Assembly (NCBI GenBank): GCA_038874435.1
Contig: JAVZCK010000008.1
Span: 9,705 to 73,704 of the forward strand
Reading direction: 5' to 3'
DNA from: Thermoplasmata archaeon
GTDB lineage: Archaea; Thermoplasmatota; Thermoplasmata; Lutacidiplasmatales; SKW197
DNA: 64,000 nucleotides
The notes under the pieces are model-generated. The model did not search any database. It was not told the DNA's origin and saw nothing but the letters and a program-made list of their open reading frames with translations. This document shows, piece by piece, positions 20,977-31,977 of the stretch (position 1 is its first letter; each line of letters starts with the position of its first letter). The translations under genes were made by a program, and so were the position numbers.

Positions 20977-21471
20977 ATCGACCTGGAGGCTTGCTACTTC
21001 GATGTCGGTTCTTCCTATCCTGGTGGTGAATGAGCTGCCAAGGGTGGGGTTGTTCGCCCATTAAAAGGGATCGTGAGCTGGGTTTACACCGTCGCGAGAC
21101 AGGTGTGTTGCTTTTTGGTGGAGGTGCATTGGTGCCTGAGGAGAAGGTCCCTTTAGTACGAGAGGAACGAGGGATCGGCGCCTCTAGTTCATCGGTTGTC
21201 CGGCAGGGCATTGCCGAGCAGCCACGCGCCAAGGGATAAAGGCTGAAAGCATCTAAGCCTGAAGCCCACTTCAAAAAGAGGCACCTTTAAGAACACCCGT
21301 AAATGACGGGTTTGATAGAGCAGGGGTGTACGCAGGGAGCGCAAGCGACCTGCTCAGCCCGCCTGCCACTAACGTTCGCAGCATTTGCGAGCGATACATT
21401 TGCCAGTCAAACAGTCCCATGTGCCTTTAACTAATTACTCTTCTTTTGTTGCTTCTTTTTCGTTTTTAAAT

Positions 21472-22578
21472 CTATGTGTTTTTCCTCAACCTTTCAATTC
21501 TCTCCCCATACCTTTCCATAAATTTTCCAGACATTATTGCGTCTCTAACCTGTGCCATGAATTTTTCCATGTAGAAGATGTTGTGGATGGATGCGAGCCG
21601 CATGCCTAAGCTGTCGTTCTCGCGCAGGTAATGGGTTACCTGGGAGCATGTGTAATTCTTGCATGTAAAGCATTCGCACCCTTCTTCAAGTGGGCCAAGA
21701 AAGTTGAGCGTCTCCATATTACCCACATTGTATTTGCCATTTTTGCTAAAAATAGTCCTGTGTCTTGCGTTTCTTGTTGGGAATGCACTGTCAAAAACAT
21801 CTATTCCGTTTGCAACAGCTAATAGAATCTCGTCTTCGGAGCCAACCCCCATTAAATACCTTGGTTTTCCCTCATTGATGAAACGCACAGTTTTTTCAAG
21901 AATTTTGTGTGTCCATTCCTTTGGCTCACCAATGGAGAGCCCACCAATTCCATAACCATCAAAATCAAGTTTTGCAAGTGCCTTGCTACACTTTTCTCGA
22001 AGCTCGATATTGAAGCCGCCTTGAACAATGCCAAACAGAAGGGAGTTGCCATTAAATGCGTTTTTTGCAATTTCTGCCCATTCCACGGTGTGCCGCACTG
22101 CCTCTTCCACCTTTTTCTCAGATGCATTCCAGACAGGACAATGGTCAAGCACCATGTTCACATCAGAGCCAAGCTTTCTCTGGATTTCTATTGCAAGTTC
22201 TGGTGTGAATTCAATTTTCTTACCTGTATCTGGCGCTTTGAAAATCACGCCTTTGTCTGTAATTTTGTAACTAAAATTTCTCACAAGCTGGAAACCTCCG
22301 CTGTCTGTAAACACGGTTCTCTCCCAGCGGAGAAATTTGTGCAAACCCCCATGCCTTTCAATCACACTCAAGCCAGGACGCATGTAGAGGTGCAGGGCAT
22401 TTGAAATTAAAGCTTCCACATTACACATTTTCAAGTCCTCAGTTGAAAGCGCTTTCACAAAACCTTTTGTGGCAACTGGCAGAAAACATGGGGTTTCCAC
22501 CGCTCCGTGTGGAGTAATAAGTTTTCCAACTCTCGCATCTGAACCAGCGTCTTTCGTAATAATTGAAAAATGTTCCAT
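21472..22578 (-). CDS. tgt: tRNA-guanine transglycosylase, bacterial (G34/queuosine) type
   Basis: TDSGGFQ, LDHC, GIVQGG, GGLSIGE, PRYLMGVG, CECFTC...H zinc site; 368 aa with no PUA extension. Confidence 0.88.
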   Translation of the reverse strand: MEHFSIITKDAGSDARVGKLITPHGAVETPCFLPVATKGFVKALSTEDLKMCNVEALISNALHLYMRPGLSVIERHGGLHKFLRWERTVFTDSGGFQLVRNFSYKITDKGVIFKAPDTGKKIEFTPELAIEIQRKLGSDVNMVLDHCPVWNASEKKVEEAVRHTVEWAEIAKNAFNGNSLLFGIVQGGFNIELREKCSKALAKLDFDGYGIGGLSIGEPKEWTHKILEKTVRFINEGKPRYLMGVGSEDEILLAVANGIDVFDSAFPTRNARHRTIFSKNGKYNVGNMETLNFLGPLEEGCECFTCKNYTCSQVTHYLRENDSLGMRLASIHNIFYMEKFMAQVRDAIMSGKFMERYGERIERLRKNT

Positions 22579-22653
22579 GCAGAGGGTTAAGGATTCTTTG
22601 AATATAACGGTTATTCCAGGGTGTCTGTAAAAAGATTAAAAGAAATAGAAAAA

Positions 22654-25600
22654 TCATTTATGTTTTCTTCTGTGCAACGTCCTAAACAATAAGATACACA
22701 GCGGAGCCAGTGTAAACACAGTCAGTTGAGAGAATTCTACCACGGGATACCAGTCGCTTGCCCCAGCACTGCCGTCAATGGGATAGGCATTCGGAGAGCC
22801 CCACCCTTGTCCATCCCAATTGCTCCAGTAGTTGCCTTCCTGGGCTGTGTTATCATACCAGTAATTGCCACCAACGCTATCATATGCCTGGCAACTGCCG
22901 GAAACACCCTTACCTGCACCGTTGTTACCTATGAAGTAGTTGTGGTGAATTGTGTTGCCTGTGGAACCTTCTATAATGTATATCCCATGATTTGTGTTGT
23001 TGCAAATCCAGTTATAGGTGATGATGTTGTTGTTGCTTGAGTATTCCATGTAGATGCCGTAGTTGTTGCCCGAGGCATTGTTGTTTGTGATGTTGTTGTT
23101 GCTTGAGTATTCCATGTAGATGCCGTAGTTGTTGCCCGAGGCATTGTTGTTTGTGATGTTGTTGTTGCTTGAGTAGCTCAAGTAAATGCCGCATTCGGAA
23201 TTGCTAGAAGCATTGTTGTTTATGATGATGTTGTTGTTTGAGTAATCCAAGAAGATGCCGACGTTTGAGTTTCCATAGGCATTGTTGTTCGTGATGATGT
23301 TGTTGCTTGAATGTGATAAGGTTATACCGTTGAAATTGCCATATAATGTATTATTTGTTAGCGTGTTGTTGTCAGAGTTTTCTGTGCGGATGCCTGCCCA
23401 TGTGTTGTTGGATACATTGTTGTGGTTAATATTATTGTAGTTTGCGAAATCCAAAAATATTCCATTGCCAATCTGTTCAGATATTGTATTGTTTGCAATC
23501 GAGTTGTTGTCTGAGATACTCAAGGAGATTCCCCACAAGTTTCCATACACATAGTTGCTCTCAATATAGTTGTAACTTGATGAGTATAGTTGTATACCAT
23601 TTTCAGCGTTACTGGACACATTGTTGTTTACAAGTAGGGTGTGAGAGCATCCATCTAGATAAATCCCATAGTAGGAGTTGTTGCATGTGTTATTGTCCAG
23701 CACTCCGTTAATTACATTTAACAACGCAATACCGGAACCATAAGGTGCACTGCCTGAATTTGTCGCGCCGTAGACTTTACAGTCTTGAATCACGAAATAT
23801 GCATCAGTATTCTCAATCCAGATGCAATAACTTCCACCATTGGCATCTATCTCCCAGCCCCCAATGATGTAGGGGTCTGTTGCTGTGCCAGAGCCTGCAA
23901 TTACTCCATTTGCAGGTGTGAACTCAGCGTTGCTAGTTATATGAATTGGAAGATGGACATTTGATACTGGTAGAGGATACCAATCACTTGCACCAGCACC
24001 GCCGTTGATTGGATATGCACTGGGTGTGCCGTAGTCCTGTCCATCCCAATTGCTCCAATAGTTTCCCTCATTAACTGTGGTGTCGTACCAGTAATTTCCG
24101 CCAACATCATCGTAGGCTTGGCAATTTCCATTCACATTCTTCACAGCACCATTGTTCCGGATGAAGTAGTTATGGTGGATGTAGTTGCCTGTAGATACGG
24201 AAGTTATGTAGATTCCATAATTGGTGTTGCTGGTAATTTGATTTCCTGTTATAATGTTATTGTTCGCTTGAGATAGGTAGATGCCATAATTGTTGTTATT
24301 TGAGATTGTGTTATTTCTGATTGTAGAATTGCTGGATGCATACAGCATCATACCTACCACGGAGTTATAGGAAATTATGTTGCCTTCCATCGTATTGTTG
24401 TTGGAATAGCTCAGATAGATTCCCGAATATGTGTTGTTGGTGGCAGTGTTGTTTTTAATCATGTTATAATACGATGATGTGGATAGGTATATTCCAGAAT
24501 AACAGTTTGAAACATTGTTACCTGAGGCAGAGTTGTTGTTGCTTGAATAATACAGATAGACTCCATATTGTGAGTTAGCCGATGCATTGTTATTTGCAAT
24601 GGTGTTGTTGCTTGAGCTGGCAAAGTAAATCCCGTAGGTATTTCCTGTAGCATTGTTGTTCGCAATTATGTTGTAGTTTGAGTTGTGCAGGTAAACTCCA
24701 TGCGTGTTGGCTGAGATATTGTTGTTTGTCACACTATTGTTGGTTGAGTAGTACATATGGATACCTTTGTCAGCGTTGTTTGTTATATTGTTGTTTGTTA
24801 TGTTGGTGTTGTTACAGAACGAAAAGTAAACGCCATTGGTGTTGTTGATAACATCGTTCCTAGTGATTGTGTTTTGGTCCGAAGAGTAAATATACACTCC
24901 ATACCAGTTATCAGAGATTTTGTTGTTTGTAATATTATTTCTATTGCTTGAAGCATCTAAATAGAGACCATAGTGGTCGTTTCTAGAAGCATCGTTGCCG
25001 ATAATCAAGTTGTTTGTAGCTCCATTTAAGCCGAAACCATAGTCCATGTTTTCATAAGCTTTGTTCCCGGATAGTGTATTGTAATTGGCAGATTCTAGGT
25101 AAATTCCTGTTCCATAATTGTTCGAAGCATTGTTGTTTGTAATGTTATTGTATCTGGCCGAGCTGGCGAGATAAATACCGTACAAATCGTTGTTGGTTGC
25201 AGTGCAGCCAGTGACATTGTTGTAAGTTGAGTCCTGCAAAAGAAGACCATAGTATGTATTAGAAGATAAATTATTGTTGATGATTTGATTATATTTTGAA
25301 TTACTGTATATGAATATGCCCATTCTTGATGTACAGTATGTATTATTTTCTACTGTACCATTATTCACATTTCTCAGTGCTAATCCAGCACCATAGGGCG
25401 CATTTGCACTGTCTGTGGCATTGGAAATACTACAATTTCTAATAGAAAAGTAGCAAGTGGTGCTTTCAATCCAAATTCCATAGGAACCGTCATTTCCGTC
25501 AATATTATAGTTGCCAATAAGGTATGGATTATTACGACTTCCATCACCAGGCCAGCCATACAGCGTTTTCATGAAGGAAAACTCTGAATTTCCATTTATG

Positions 25601-27495
25601 TGGAGAGGTGCAAGCACACGCTTTGAGAGCGGATAATTATCGCTTTCACCCCCACCGCCATCAATTGGATACGCACTTGAAGTGCCCCATCCAGTACCAT
25701 CCCAGTTGCTCCAGTAGTTTCCTGCCCGTGATACGCTCTCATACCAGGAGTTTCCGCCTACACTATCGTAGGCCTGAGATTTACCAGAAACACCTCTGCT
25801 AGCACCATTGTTTCTGATGAAATTATTGTGATGAATTATATTGCCAGTGCAACTGCTAGTAATATTAATTCCATACTTTGCGTTATTGTAAAACAAGTTG
25901 TAAGAGAATATGTTATAGTTTGCACCATTTAGGTAAATCCCGTATTCATTGTTACCAGATACATTGTTGCTAGTTATGGTGTTGTTTGCTGAAAACGCTG
26001 ACAATACGATGCCCGAAAGAGAGTTGCTAGTCACTATGTTGTTTATAATGGTATTGTTCTTTGAATACCTATCCAAGTAGATACCATTACCGTTTTCTGA
26101 TACATTGTTGTTTCTTATCGTGTTGTAGCTTGAGTTATATAGGTAGATACCCTCCTGTGCGTTATCCCATACGCTATTATTTATGACCGTATTGTTGGTG
26201 GAATTTACCAGCGAGATACCAGTAGTGTATGTATTGCTGTGCACATTGTTATTTGTTATGATGTTATGGTTGCTACCTCCTGAGATACGAATGCCTTTCC
26301 GCGATTCATTGCATATATTATATTCTAATTTTCCATTTGTCACATTGTTCAGTGCGATTCCTGCACCTTCAGGTTCACTGAGATACGCTGTTGCATTGTA
26401 AACTGTACAATTTCGAACGATAAAATATGCCGTTGTATTTTCAATCCAGATCCCGTATGATCCTCCATTTGCATTTATTTCATAGTTCTCGATTATGTAG
26501 GGATTCGCCTGTGAGCCATCCCCACCTATCACCCCATGTGCAGCATCAAACTGACCATTCCCATTGATATGTATTGGTGCGTGCGGTGTGGCTTTGATTT
26601 CCGAACAAATCCTTTCAACTCTCACCTTTGTATGGGCACTTAAATACAGATTGAACTGAGAAACTTTTGCATTTTCATGCAGTAATGCATTCTCCAGCTT
26701 GCACTCTATATTCTGCCAGTCAATCATGTAGAAGTAAACTGCATACTTCTCTTTAATGCCGAGCTGGTTTTTACCTGCCATTGTTTCTAACTCTTTACCA
26801 TTTGTTGCTGATGCTACAGTTTCACCGATATTCCAAGCCCATTCATGCTGCACTACTCCAGCAAAACTCAGCACCCTGCTTGCCTCAATCTTTCCGTTTT
26901 TGCCCAAAATTTCTAGTGCCCTGTCAGCGCCGACTGCAAAATTGTCGGAAGGTTTGAACCCAGTGGACGGGTTTGCGTCAATGTCAATAAACACATAAGC
27001 CAAATCCCTCCCGTTTGCATTAGGTATTGCAGTCTCTATATGATTTGATACATACACTGGAGTCCCTGATGAGGCCTCGACGAAGTATTTACCGTCACCA
27101 GCGAGCAAATTACCATAAACCTTGAAGTAAAATGCTACATTTTTACCAGTTTCTGCAGTTGCATATTCTGCGATGTCTATGTTATCTGGGACATCACCAG
27201 CATTTGGTTTTGTAGTCTTTGATATCCTTTGCCAGTCCTCAAAATTGCCATCTATTATTATTGCACTAGCACCGTTGCTCTGCCATGTCAGAAACGCAAC
27301 AACGCTTAGCACAAGCATTGCAAGCACAAAAACAGCCAGAATTTTGCCATGGCTTCTGCTTTCTTTCAATTTTCTACTATTCCTGTAGCCATTTCCGTTG
27401 GTGAATCCATTCGTCAGCCCATTTGTAAAACCACGGGTGTTGTCTTTGCCATTTCCGAGCCCTAAACACTTTGTAGTTTTACCCTCCAATCTCAT
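22654..27495 (-). CDS. Large cell-surface protein with three right-handed parallel beta-helix (NosD/PbH1-like) blocks
   Basis: Many GIYL..S..N.I..N repeats; three GNYWSNWDG...AYPI motifs; N-terminal TM and C-terminal VVEF-TM-basic tail. Start ATG 27495 chosen from TTTATATA box at 27526-27533 (minus strand). Confidence 0.85.
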   Translation of the reverse strand: MRLEGKTTKCLGLGNGKDNTRGFTNGLTNGFTNGNGYRNSRKLKESRSHGKILAVFVLAMLVLSVVAFLTWQSNGASAIIIDGNFEDWQRISKTTKPNAGDVPDNIDIAEYATAETGKNVAFYFKVYGNLLAGDGKYFVEASSGTPVYVSNHIETAIPNANGRDLAYVFIDIDANPSTGFKPSDNFAVGADRALEILGKNGKIEASRVLSFAGVVQHEWAWNIGETVASATNGKELETMAGKNQLGIKEKYAVYFYMIDWQNIECKLENALLHENAKVSQFNLYLSAHTKVRVERICSEIKATPHAPIHINGNGQFDAAHGVIGGDGSQANPYIIENYEINANGGSYGIWIENTTAYFIVRNCTVYNATAYLSEPEGAGIALNNVTNGKLEYNICNESRKGIRISGGSNHNIITNNNVHSNTYTTGISLVNSTNNTVINNSVWDNAQEGIYLYNSSYNTIRNNNVSENGNGIYLDRYSKNNTIINNIVTSNSLSGIVLSAFSANNTITSNNVSGNNEYGIYLNGANYNIFSYNLFYNNAKYGINITSSCTGNIIHHNNFIRNNGASRGVSGKSQAYDSVGGNSWYESVSRAGNYWSNWDGTGWGTSSAYPIDGGGGESDNYPLSKRVLAPLHINGNSEFSFMKTLYGWPGDGSRNNPYLIGNYNIDGNDGSYGIWIESTTCYFSIRNCSISNATDSANAPYGAGLALRNVNNGTVENNTYCTSRMGIFIYSNSKYNQIINNNLSSNTYYGLLLQDSTYNNVTGCTATNNDLYGIYLASSARYNNITNNNASNNYGTGIYLESANYNTLSGNKAYENMDYGFGLNGATNNLIIGNDASRNDHYGLYLDASSNRNNITNNKISDNWYGVYIYSSDQNTITRNDVINNTNGVYFSFCNNTNITNNNITNNADKGIHMYYSTNNSVTNNNISANTHGVYLHNSNYNIIANNNATGNTYGIYFASSSNNTIANNNASANSQYGVYLYYSSNNNSASGNNVSNCYSGIYLSTSSYYNMIKNNTATNNTYSGIYLSYSNNNTMEGNIISYNSVVGMMLYASSNSTIRNNTISNNNNYGIYLSQANNNIITGNQITSNTNYGIYITSVSTGNYIHHNYFIRNNGAVKNVNGNCQAYDDVGGNYWYDTTVNEGNYWSNWDGQDYGTPSAYPINGGAGASDWYPLPVSNVHLPIHITSNAEFTPANGVIAGSGTATDPYIIGGWEIDANGGSYCIWIENTDAYFVIQDCKVYGATNSGSAPYGSGIALLNVINGVLDNNTCNNSYYGIYLDGCSHTLLVNNNVSSNAENGIQLYSSSYNYIESNYVYGNLWGISLSISDNNSIANNTISEQIGNGIFLDFANYNNINHNNVSNNTWAGIRTENSDNNTLTNNTLYGNFNGITLSHSSNNIITNNNAYGNSNVGIFLDYSNNNIIINNNASSNSECGIYLSYSSNNNITNNNASGNNYGIYMEYSSNNNITNNNASGNNYGIYMEYSSNNNIITYNWICNNTNHGIYIIEGSTGNTIHHNYFIGNNGAGKGVSGSCQAYDSVGGNYWYDNTAQEGNYWSNWDGQGWGSPNAYPIDGSAGASDWYPVVEFSQLTVFTLAPLCILLFRTLHRRKHK
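23022..23175. repeat. Perfect 66-bp intragenic tandem repeat (~2.3 copies)
   Basis: Identical copies start at 23022, 23088 and 23154; each encodes YSSNNNITNNNASGNNYGIYME. Confidence 0.9.
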
Positions 27496-27846
27496 GGAAA
27501 TCACAGGAAGAGAAGGGAATACGGGTATATAAAATTTTGCTGCGAAAATCTGTAAATTCATAATAAAATTTTCCTCATGAAATAATATTTCATATAGTTT
27601 TCATATAGTATATAATATTGAAAAAGTGCAAATTTCTATTTCTAATCTTTTTGACTATAGTGCGCAGCGCAAGTGGCAGGAGCTTTAATAATGGCATTGG
27701 TGTGGTTTGTAAGAATTTTTGTGCAGAACGACGAACTATGATGAACTTTTGCAATTCCTTTATCTTTGTCTTCTATTGGTTTAGAAAATATCTGGAAAAT
27801 TGGGAAATTGCGATTATTATAAATACACCTTATATGATTACTCTCC

Positions 27847-28395
27847 ATGCTTGAAAAGAGAGAGCAAAGAATTTTTTCCAATGCAGACATCTCTATGCTG
27901 TACTCTAAGTGTCTGGAATTCTGGCGTGTTCAGGGCTTTCATCTTGTTGAGATGGGAAACTATACATTTTCAGGTGAGCATTTTACATCCAAGTTAGGAT
28001 TGAAAAGGAAGATTCAGGTGCAACTCATTAAAAATAGTGAAAATGTCCTAGTAGATGCCACATTTTGTGCAGAAATTACAGAGACGGGTGCAGTTGCAGG
28101 TGCAATAGGTGCAGTTCTACTTTTCCCAGTTGCTGTGGCCGTGGGGGCTGTGAGTTATTTTGAATACGAAAACGACGCAGATAATTTGATGCGCGCCTTC
28201 TGGCATTATTTATACCTTGTCACATCATCTCCAGGCAAGAACATCTTGCCCCCTGTGCTTCCTACACCTGAGCAGCAAATGGCATCTACAGTTTCAACCC
28301 CTCCATCCGCAACTCAGCAGATTTTCTGCAAACACTGCGGTGCAAAAATAGAGGCAGACAGCAAATTCTGCAGATATTGTGGCGGCAAGCAATAA
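27847..28395 (+). CDS. Hypothetical protein with hydrophobic segment and C-terminal zinc ribbon
   Basis: GAVAGAIGAVLLFPVAVAVGAV; CKHCG...CRYCG. Confidence 0.8.
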   Translation: MLEKREQRIFSNADISMLYSKCLEFWRVQGFHLVEMGNYTFSGEHFTSKLGLKRKIQVQLIKNSENVLVDATFCAEITETGAVAGAIGAVLLFPVAVAVGAVSYFEYENDADNLMRAFWHYLYLVTSSPGKNILPPVLPTPEQQMASTVSTPPSATQQIFCKHCGAKIEADSKFCRYCGGKQ

Positions 28396-28408
28396 CACAA
28401 CTATATAA

Positions 28409-29815
28409 TTATATACTTCTGCCAGCATCTGCAATCATTTCTGTGTCCTTCTTGCAAACGATGCATTTCCCAAGTTTTGTAGGAACATTTAGCGGTACAC
28501 CTAATATGGATACATCTAGTGCCTTTTCGATTTCCATTCCACAACTTTCATCGCCACACCAGTTAAATCGCAGGAGACCTTTCTTGTTTCTTCCCTCTTC
28601 TATGTTGTCGATCCAGTAGATATTTTCTTGTAGGGTTTTCTCCGCCTTAGCATAAAGGTCTTCTTGTACTCTCTCAAGTAATCCTTTTATTTCTTCTACA
28701 AAATTATCCTTAGGAATTGTTTTCTTTTCTCGTGTATCTCTCCTCACCACCGTAACGCAGCCCTCTACCTTCTCTTTCTCACCAACTTCTATCCTAAGTG
28801 GGACCCCTTTCAGCTCCCAGTCATAGTATTTATTTCCGGGGCGTAGGTCTCTGAGATCTAGATGGACTCTGACTCCTGCATCTGCTAGGAGTTTCTGAAT
28901 TTCCATTGCATAACTTTCCACGAGTTCTCTTTTTTCTTTTTTTGGCACAGGTACAATTACCACTTGATAAGGCGCAATTTGTGGGGGTAGGATAAGCCCA
29001 GCATTATCTCCATGGACCCCCACCACTGCACCAACTAATCGTTCAGACAAGCCAAATGTGGTTTGATGAGCATGTTTATGGTTTCCATCCTTATCTTCAT
29101 AAAGTATATTATATGCCTTAGCGAAATTTTCATGATATTGGTGGATTGTTCCGATCTGGAGTGCCTTTTCTCCAACTAAAAGGTCTGCACCTAAGCTGTA
29201 AACTGAGCCCGCAAATTTATCCCAGTCAGGACGTTTATGGAGGATGTAGGGAAGTGCAAGCGCTTTTCCAAGCTTCTCCATTATCTGGATATCTTCCTTT
29301 ATTTGTCTCTCAGAGTCATTAGCGTCTGTATGGCATGTGTGGGCTTCAAAGAAATGGATTTCTCGGACGCGAATGAATGCTCTTGTCTGTTTGGTCTCGT
29401 ATCTAAATACATTCACAATTTGATAAATTTTGAGAGGCAAATCTGCGTGACTCCTTACCCAAATTGAGAACATGCTATACATTGCGGTTTCACTTGTTGG
29501 TCTTAGCACGAGTTTTATGTCTAGAGGATTTTCTCCAGCATGTGTGACCCAGAAAACCTGAGATGAAAAACCCTTGATGTGCTCTGCCTCCTTCTGGAAT
29601 TCGCTCTCAGGGATAAGAAGAGGAAAGCATACTTCGGCGTGGCCAGTTGCATCGAACTCTTCTCTGATTTTTCTGTCAATTAATTGCATAATTTTCCATC
29701 CGTAGGGTAGCCAGATATTCATACCTTTGACAGGGTATCTCTTGTCGCAGAGACCTGCCGCCTCTACTACCTCGTTATACCATTCGGATACATCTACTTC
29801 CTTTTTGTGCTCCAT
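28409..29815 (-). CDS. proS: Proline-tRNA ligase (archaeal/eukaryotic type)
   Basis: LRPTSET, FRYETKQTRAFIRVRE, WELKGVPLRIEVG, C-terminal zinc domain. Confidence 0.97.
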   Translation of the reverse strand: MEHKKEVDVSEWYNEVVEAAGLCDKRYPVKGMNIWLPYGWKIMQLIDRKIREEFDATGHAEVCFPLLIPESEFQKEAEHIKGFSSQVFWVTHAGENPLDIKLVLRPTSETAMYSMFSIWVRSHADLPLKIYQIVNVFRYETKQTRAFIRVREIHFFEAHTCHTDANDSERQIKEDIQIMEKLGKALALPYILHKRPDWDKFAGSVYSLGADLLVGEKALQIGTIHQYHENFAKAYNILYEDKDGNHKHAHQTTFGLSERLVGAVVGVHGDNAGLILPPQIAPYQVVIVPVPKKEKRELVESYAMEIQKLLADAGVRVHLDLRDLRPGNKYYDWELKGVPLRIEVGEKEKVEGCVTVVRRDTREKKTIPKDNFVEEIKGLLERVQEDLYAKAEKTLQENIYWIDNIEEGRNKKGLLRFNWCGDESCGMEIEKALDVSILGVPLNVPTKLGKCIVCKKDTEMIADAGRSI

Positions 29816-30056
29816 AGTTCCACTTTCGAGAGGAATAATATGGATTTTAAAAATGTTTGCCTTCGAAAAACAGCGGTGTTTTTACAGACATAAATATTGG
29901 TGCTAGTTAACCTAATTATGTGCTTTTTCTCTTCTGATTTTTTATGCCCCTTCAGAAACCAATGCAAAGTTTAGGTAGGAGATATGGAAAAAAGCGGTTT
30001 TATTTTTCCCTTCTACTGCAGAAAAATTTAACAACAACTGAACGTTTGAGGGAACC

Positions 30057-31178
30057 ATGGAAGAAGATTTCAGAGTAACTCCCTGGGAAGTATCAGGCAG
30101 AGTCGATTACGATAGAATAATCCAGGAATTTGGCACTACTAAGATAGATGAAAGCCTTAAGGAAAGAATCAAGAAGAATTTCGGAGAACTTCACCAATAT
30201 ATACGAAGGGACATTTTTTTCTCCCATCGCGACCTTGACATTATTCTCTCAGATTTTGAAAATGGGAAAAATTTTTATCTCTACACTGGTAGAGGACCGT
30301 CTGGACATACACACCTTGGCCACATTCTTCCATGGATTTTTACAAAATATCTTCAAGAAAAGACGGGTAGCACTCTTCTTTTCCAACTGACTGACGATGA
30401 GAAATTCTATTTTAAGGAAGAACTTTCTCTTGAAGATACGAAGAAGATGGCCTACGAAAACATTCTTGACATCATAGCCCTGGGGTTTTCCCCAGAGAAG
30501 ACAAAAATATTCCTTGATACAGAATACATCAAAACTCTCTATCCTGTGGCTGCGAAAGTCGCAAAGAAAATTACATTTTCTACAGCAAGAGCGGTCTTTG
30601 GGCTAGAAAATAGCAACAATTTGGGTGAGATTTTTTATACCTCCCTACAATCAGCTCCAGCATTCTTGCCAACTGAATTTGAAGGTAAGATTACCCATGT
30701 ACTTATCCCTTGCGGAATAGACCAGGACCCTCACTTCCGTGTTTGTAGGGATGTAGCTCCTAAACTGGGTTATCCGAAACCTGCATTACTACACTGTAAG
30801 CTATTCCCTTCATTAATGGGTGCAGAAACCAAAATGTCTGCCTCTGTCCCAGAAACCTCAATTTTTACAACAGATGCCCCAAAGGTCGCTAAAAAGAAAA
30901 TAATGAGTGCATTCACGGGTGGTGCTGTGTCAGTTGAAGAACAGCGGAAGCATGGAGGTAACCCAGAAGTTTGTTCCGTTTTTGCTTACTACCAATTCAT
31001 GTTTGAGCCGTATGATGAAAAACTCACTGAGAGATACACCGCATGTCGAAATGGAAATGTGCTTTGTGGAGAGTGCAAACAGGTGCTTGCAGAGCGAGTG
31101 GTCGAATTTCTTAAGGCACATCAGGAAAGGAGAGAGCGGGCAAGAGAATTTGTGGAAAAGTTTATCGTGAGAGATTGA
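30057..31178 (+). CDS. trpS: Tryptophan-tRNA ligase
   Basis: VTPWEV, YTGRGPS..HLGH, GIDQDPHFR, KMSAS. Confidence 0.97.
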   Translation: MEEDFRVTPWEVSGRVDYDRIIQEFGTTKIDESLKERIKKNFGELHQYIRRDIFFSHRDLDIILSDFENGKNFYLYTGRGPSGHTHLGHILPWIFTKYLQEKTGSTLLFQLTDDEKFYFKEELSLEDTKKMAYENILDIIALGFSPEKTKIFLDTEYIKTLYPVAAKVAKKITFSTARAVFGLENSNNLGEIFYTSLQSAPAFLPTEFEGKITHVLIPCGIDQDPHFRVCRDVAPKLGYPKPALLHCKLFPSLMGAETKMSASVPETSIFTTDAPKVAKKKIMSAFTGGAVSVEEQRKHGGNPEVCSVFAYYQFMFEPYDEKLTERYTACRNGNVLCGECKQVLAERVVEFLKAHQERRERAREFVEKFIVRD

Positions 31179-31275
31179 GCTCTCCAGCATCCTTTTTAGA
31201 GAGAATAACGAAAGAGAAGCAACCTATAAATACCTAAAAACTTATTTCCAATCACAAAAGTAAGGAGGCGTTAAA

Positions 31276-31965
31276 TTGAAATGGAAGTTGAGAAGAAGCA
31301 GGAAAGGCAGCATGGGTATCGGTGCTTTGATAGTTTTCATAGCACTGGTAGTGGTGGCTGCGATTTCGGCAGTGGTGATAATCAACACAGCAATTACATT
31401 GAAGAACCAGGCAGAGAAGACAGGTGAGAGCATAAAGCTCACAATTCCAGAAGTGAAATCTGTGATAGGGGATAGAGATCCGACAAACTCAGGAACATTA
31501 AGTCCGACCGTTGATTTTCTATATCTTACAATGGTTGTTAATGGTGCCAAAACCCTGAACATGACCACAATGCGTCTGCACATAACTGCATCAAACAGCG
31601 CTAAGAGCGTTGACCTTGTACTCAACACAGCAGCTCTTCAAAGTGCTGCAGACCCTGAGAATCCAACAGAAGCAGAACTGAGAAATGCTGCAGATGCCAC
31701 GCATTATGCTGCAAAGGAGATTGCATCCTATCTGGGGAGTGGATGGGACCCTGGCTTGGGTGCTTTTTATGTGAGCAAGAACACCACATTGAAACTCTAC
31801 ATTGACCTCAGAAACTCTCCGGAGGGCATTGGCATGCCATTACCAGTAAATACAGATGTAATTATCACATTTAATGCGGGAGATAGCAGTGCTTCCTACA
31901 AAGTGCAGTTTAACACTGGCTACTCCTACGGCAACTCTAAAATTATTGACTTTACCTACACATGA
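31276..31965 (+). CDS. arlB: Archaellin
   Basis: Class III signal RKG|SMGIGALIVFIALVVVAAISA. Confidence 0.9.
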   Translation: MKWKLRRSRKGSMGIGALIVFIALVVVAAISAVVIINTAITLKNQAEKTGESIKLTIPEVKSVIGDRDPTNSGTLSPTVDFLYLTMVVNGAKTLNMTTMRLHITASNSAKSVDLVLNTAALQSAADPENPTEAELRNAADATHYAAKEIASYLGSGWDPGLGAFYVSKNTTLKLYIDLRNSPEGIGMPLPVNTDVIITFNAGDSSASYKVQFNTGYSYGNSKIIDFTYT

Positions 31966-31977
31966 GGAGGTGAATAA

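Noticed and set aside
21080..21112. Unusual bases in 23S helix 93 (TTTACACC...GGTGTG)
   Set aside because: The change is base-pair compensated and is probably a lineage signature.
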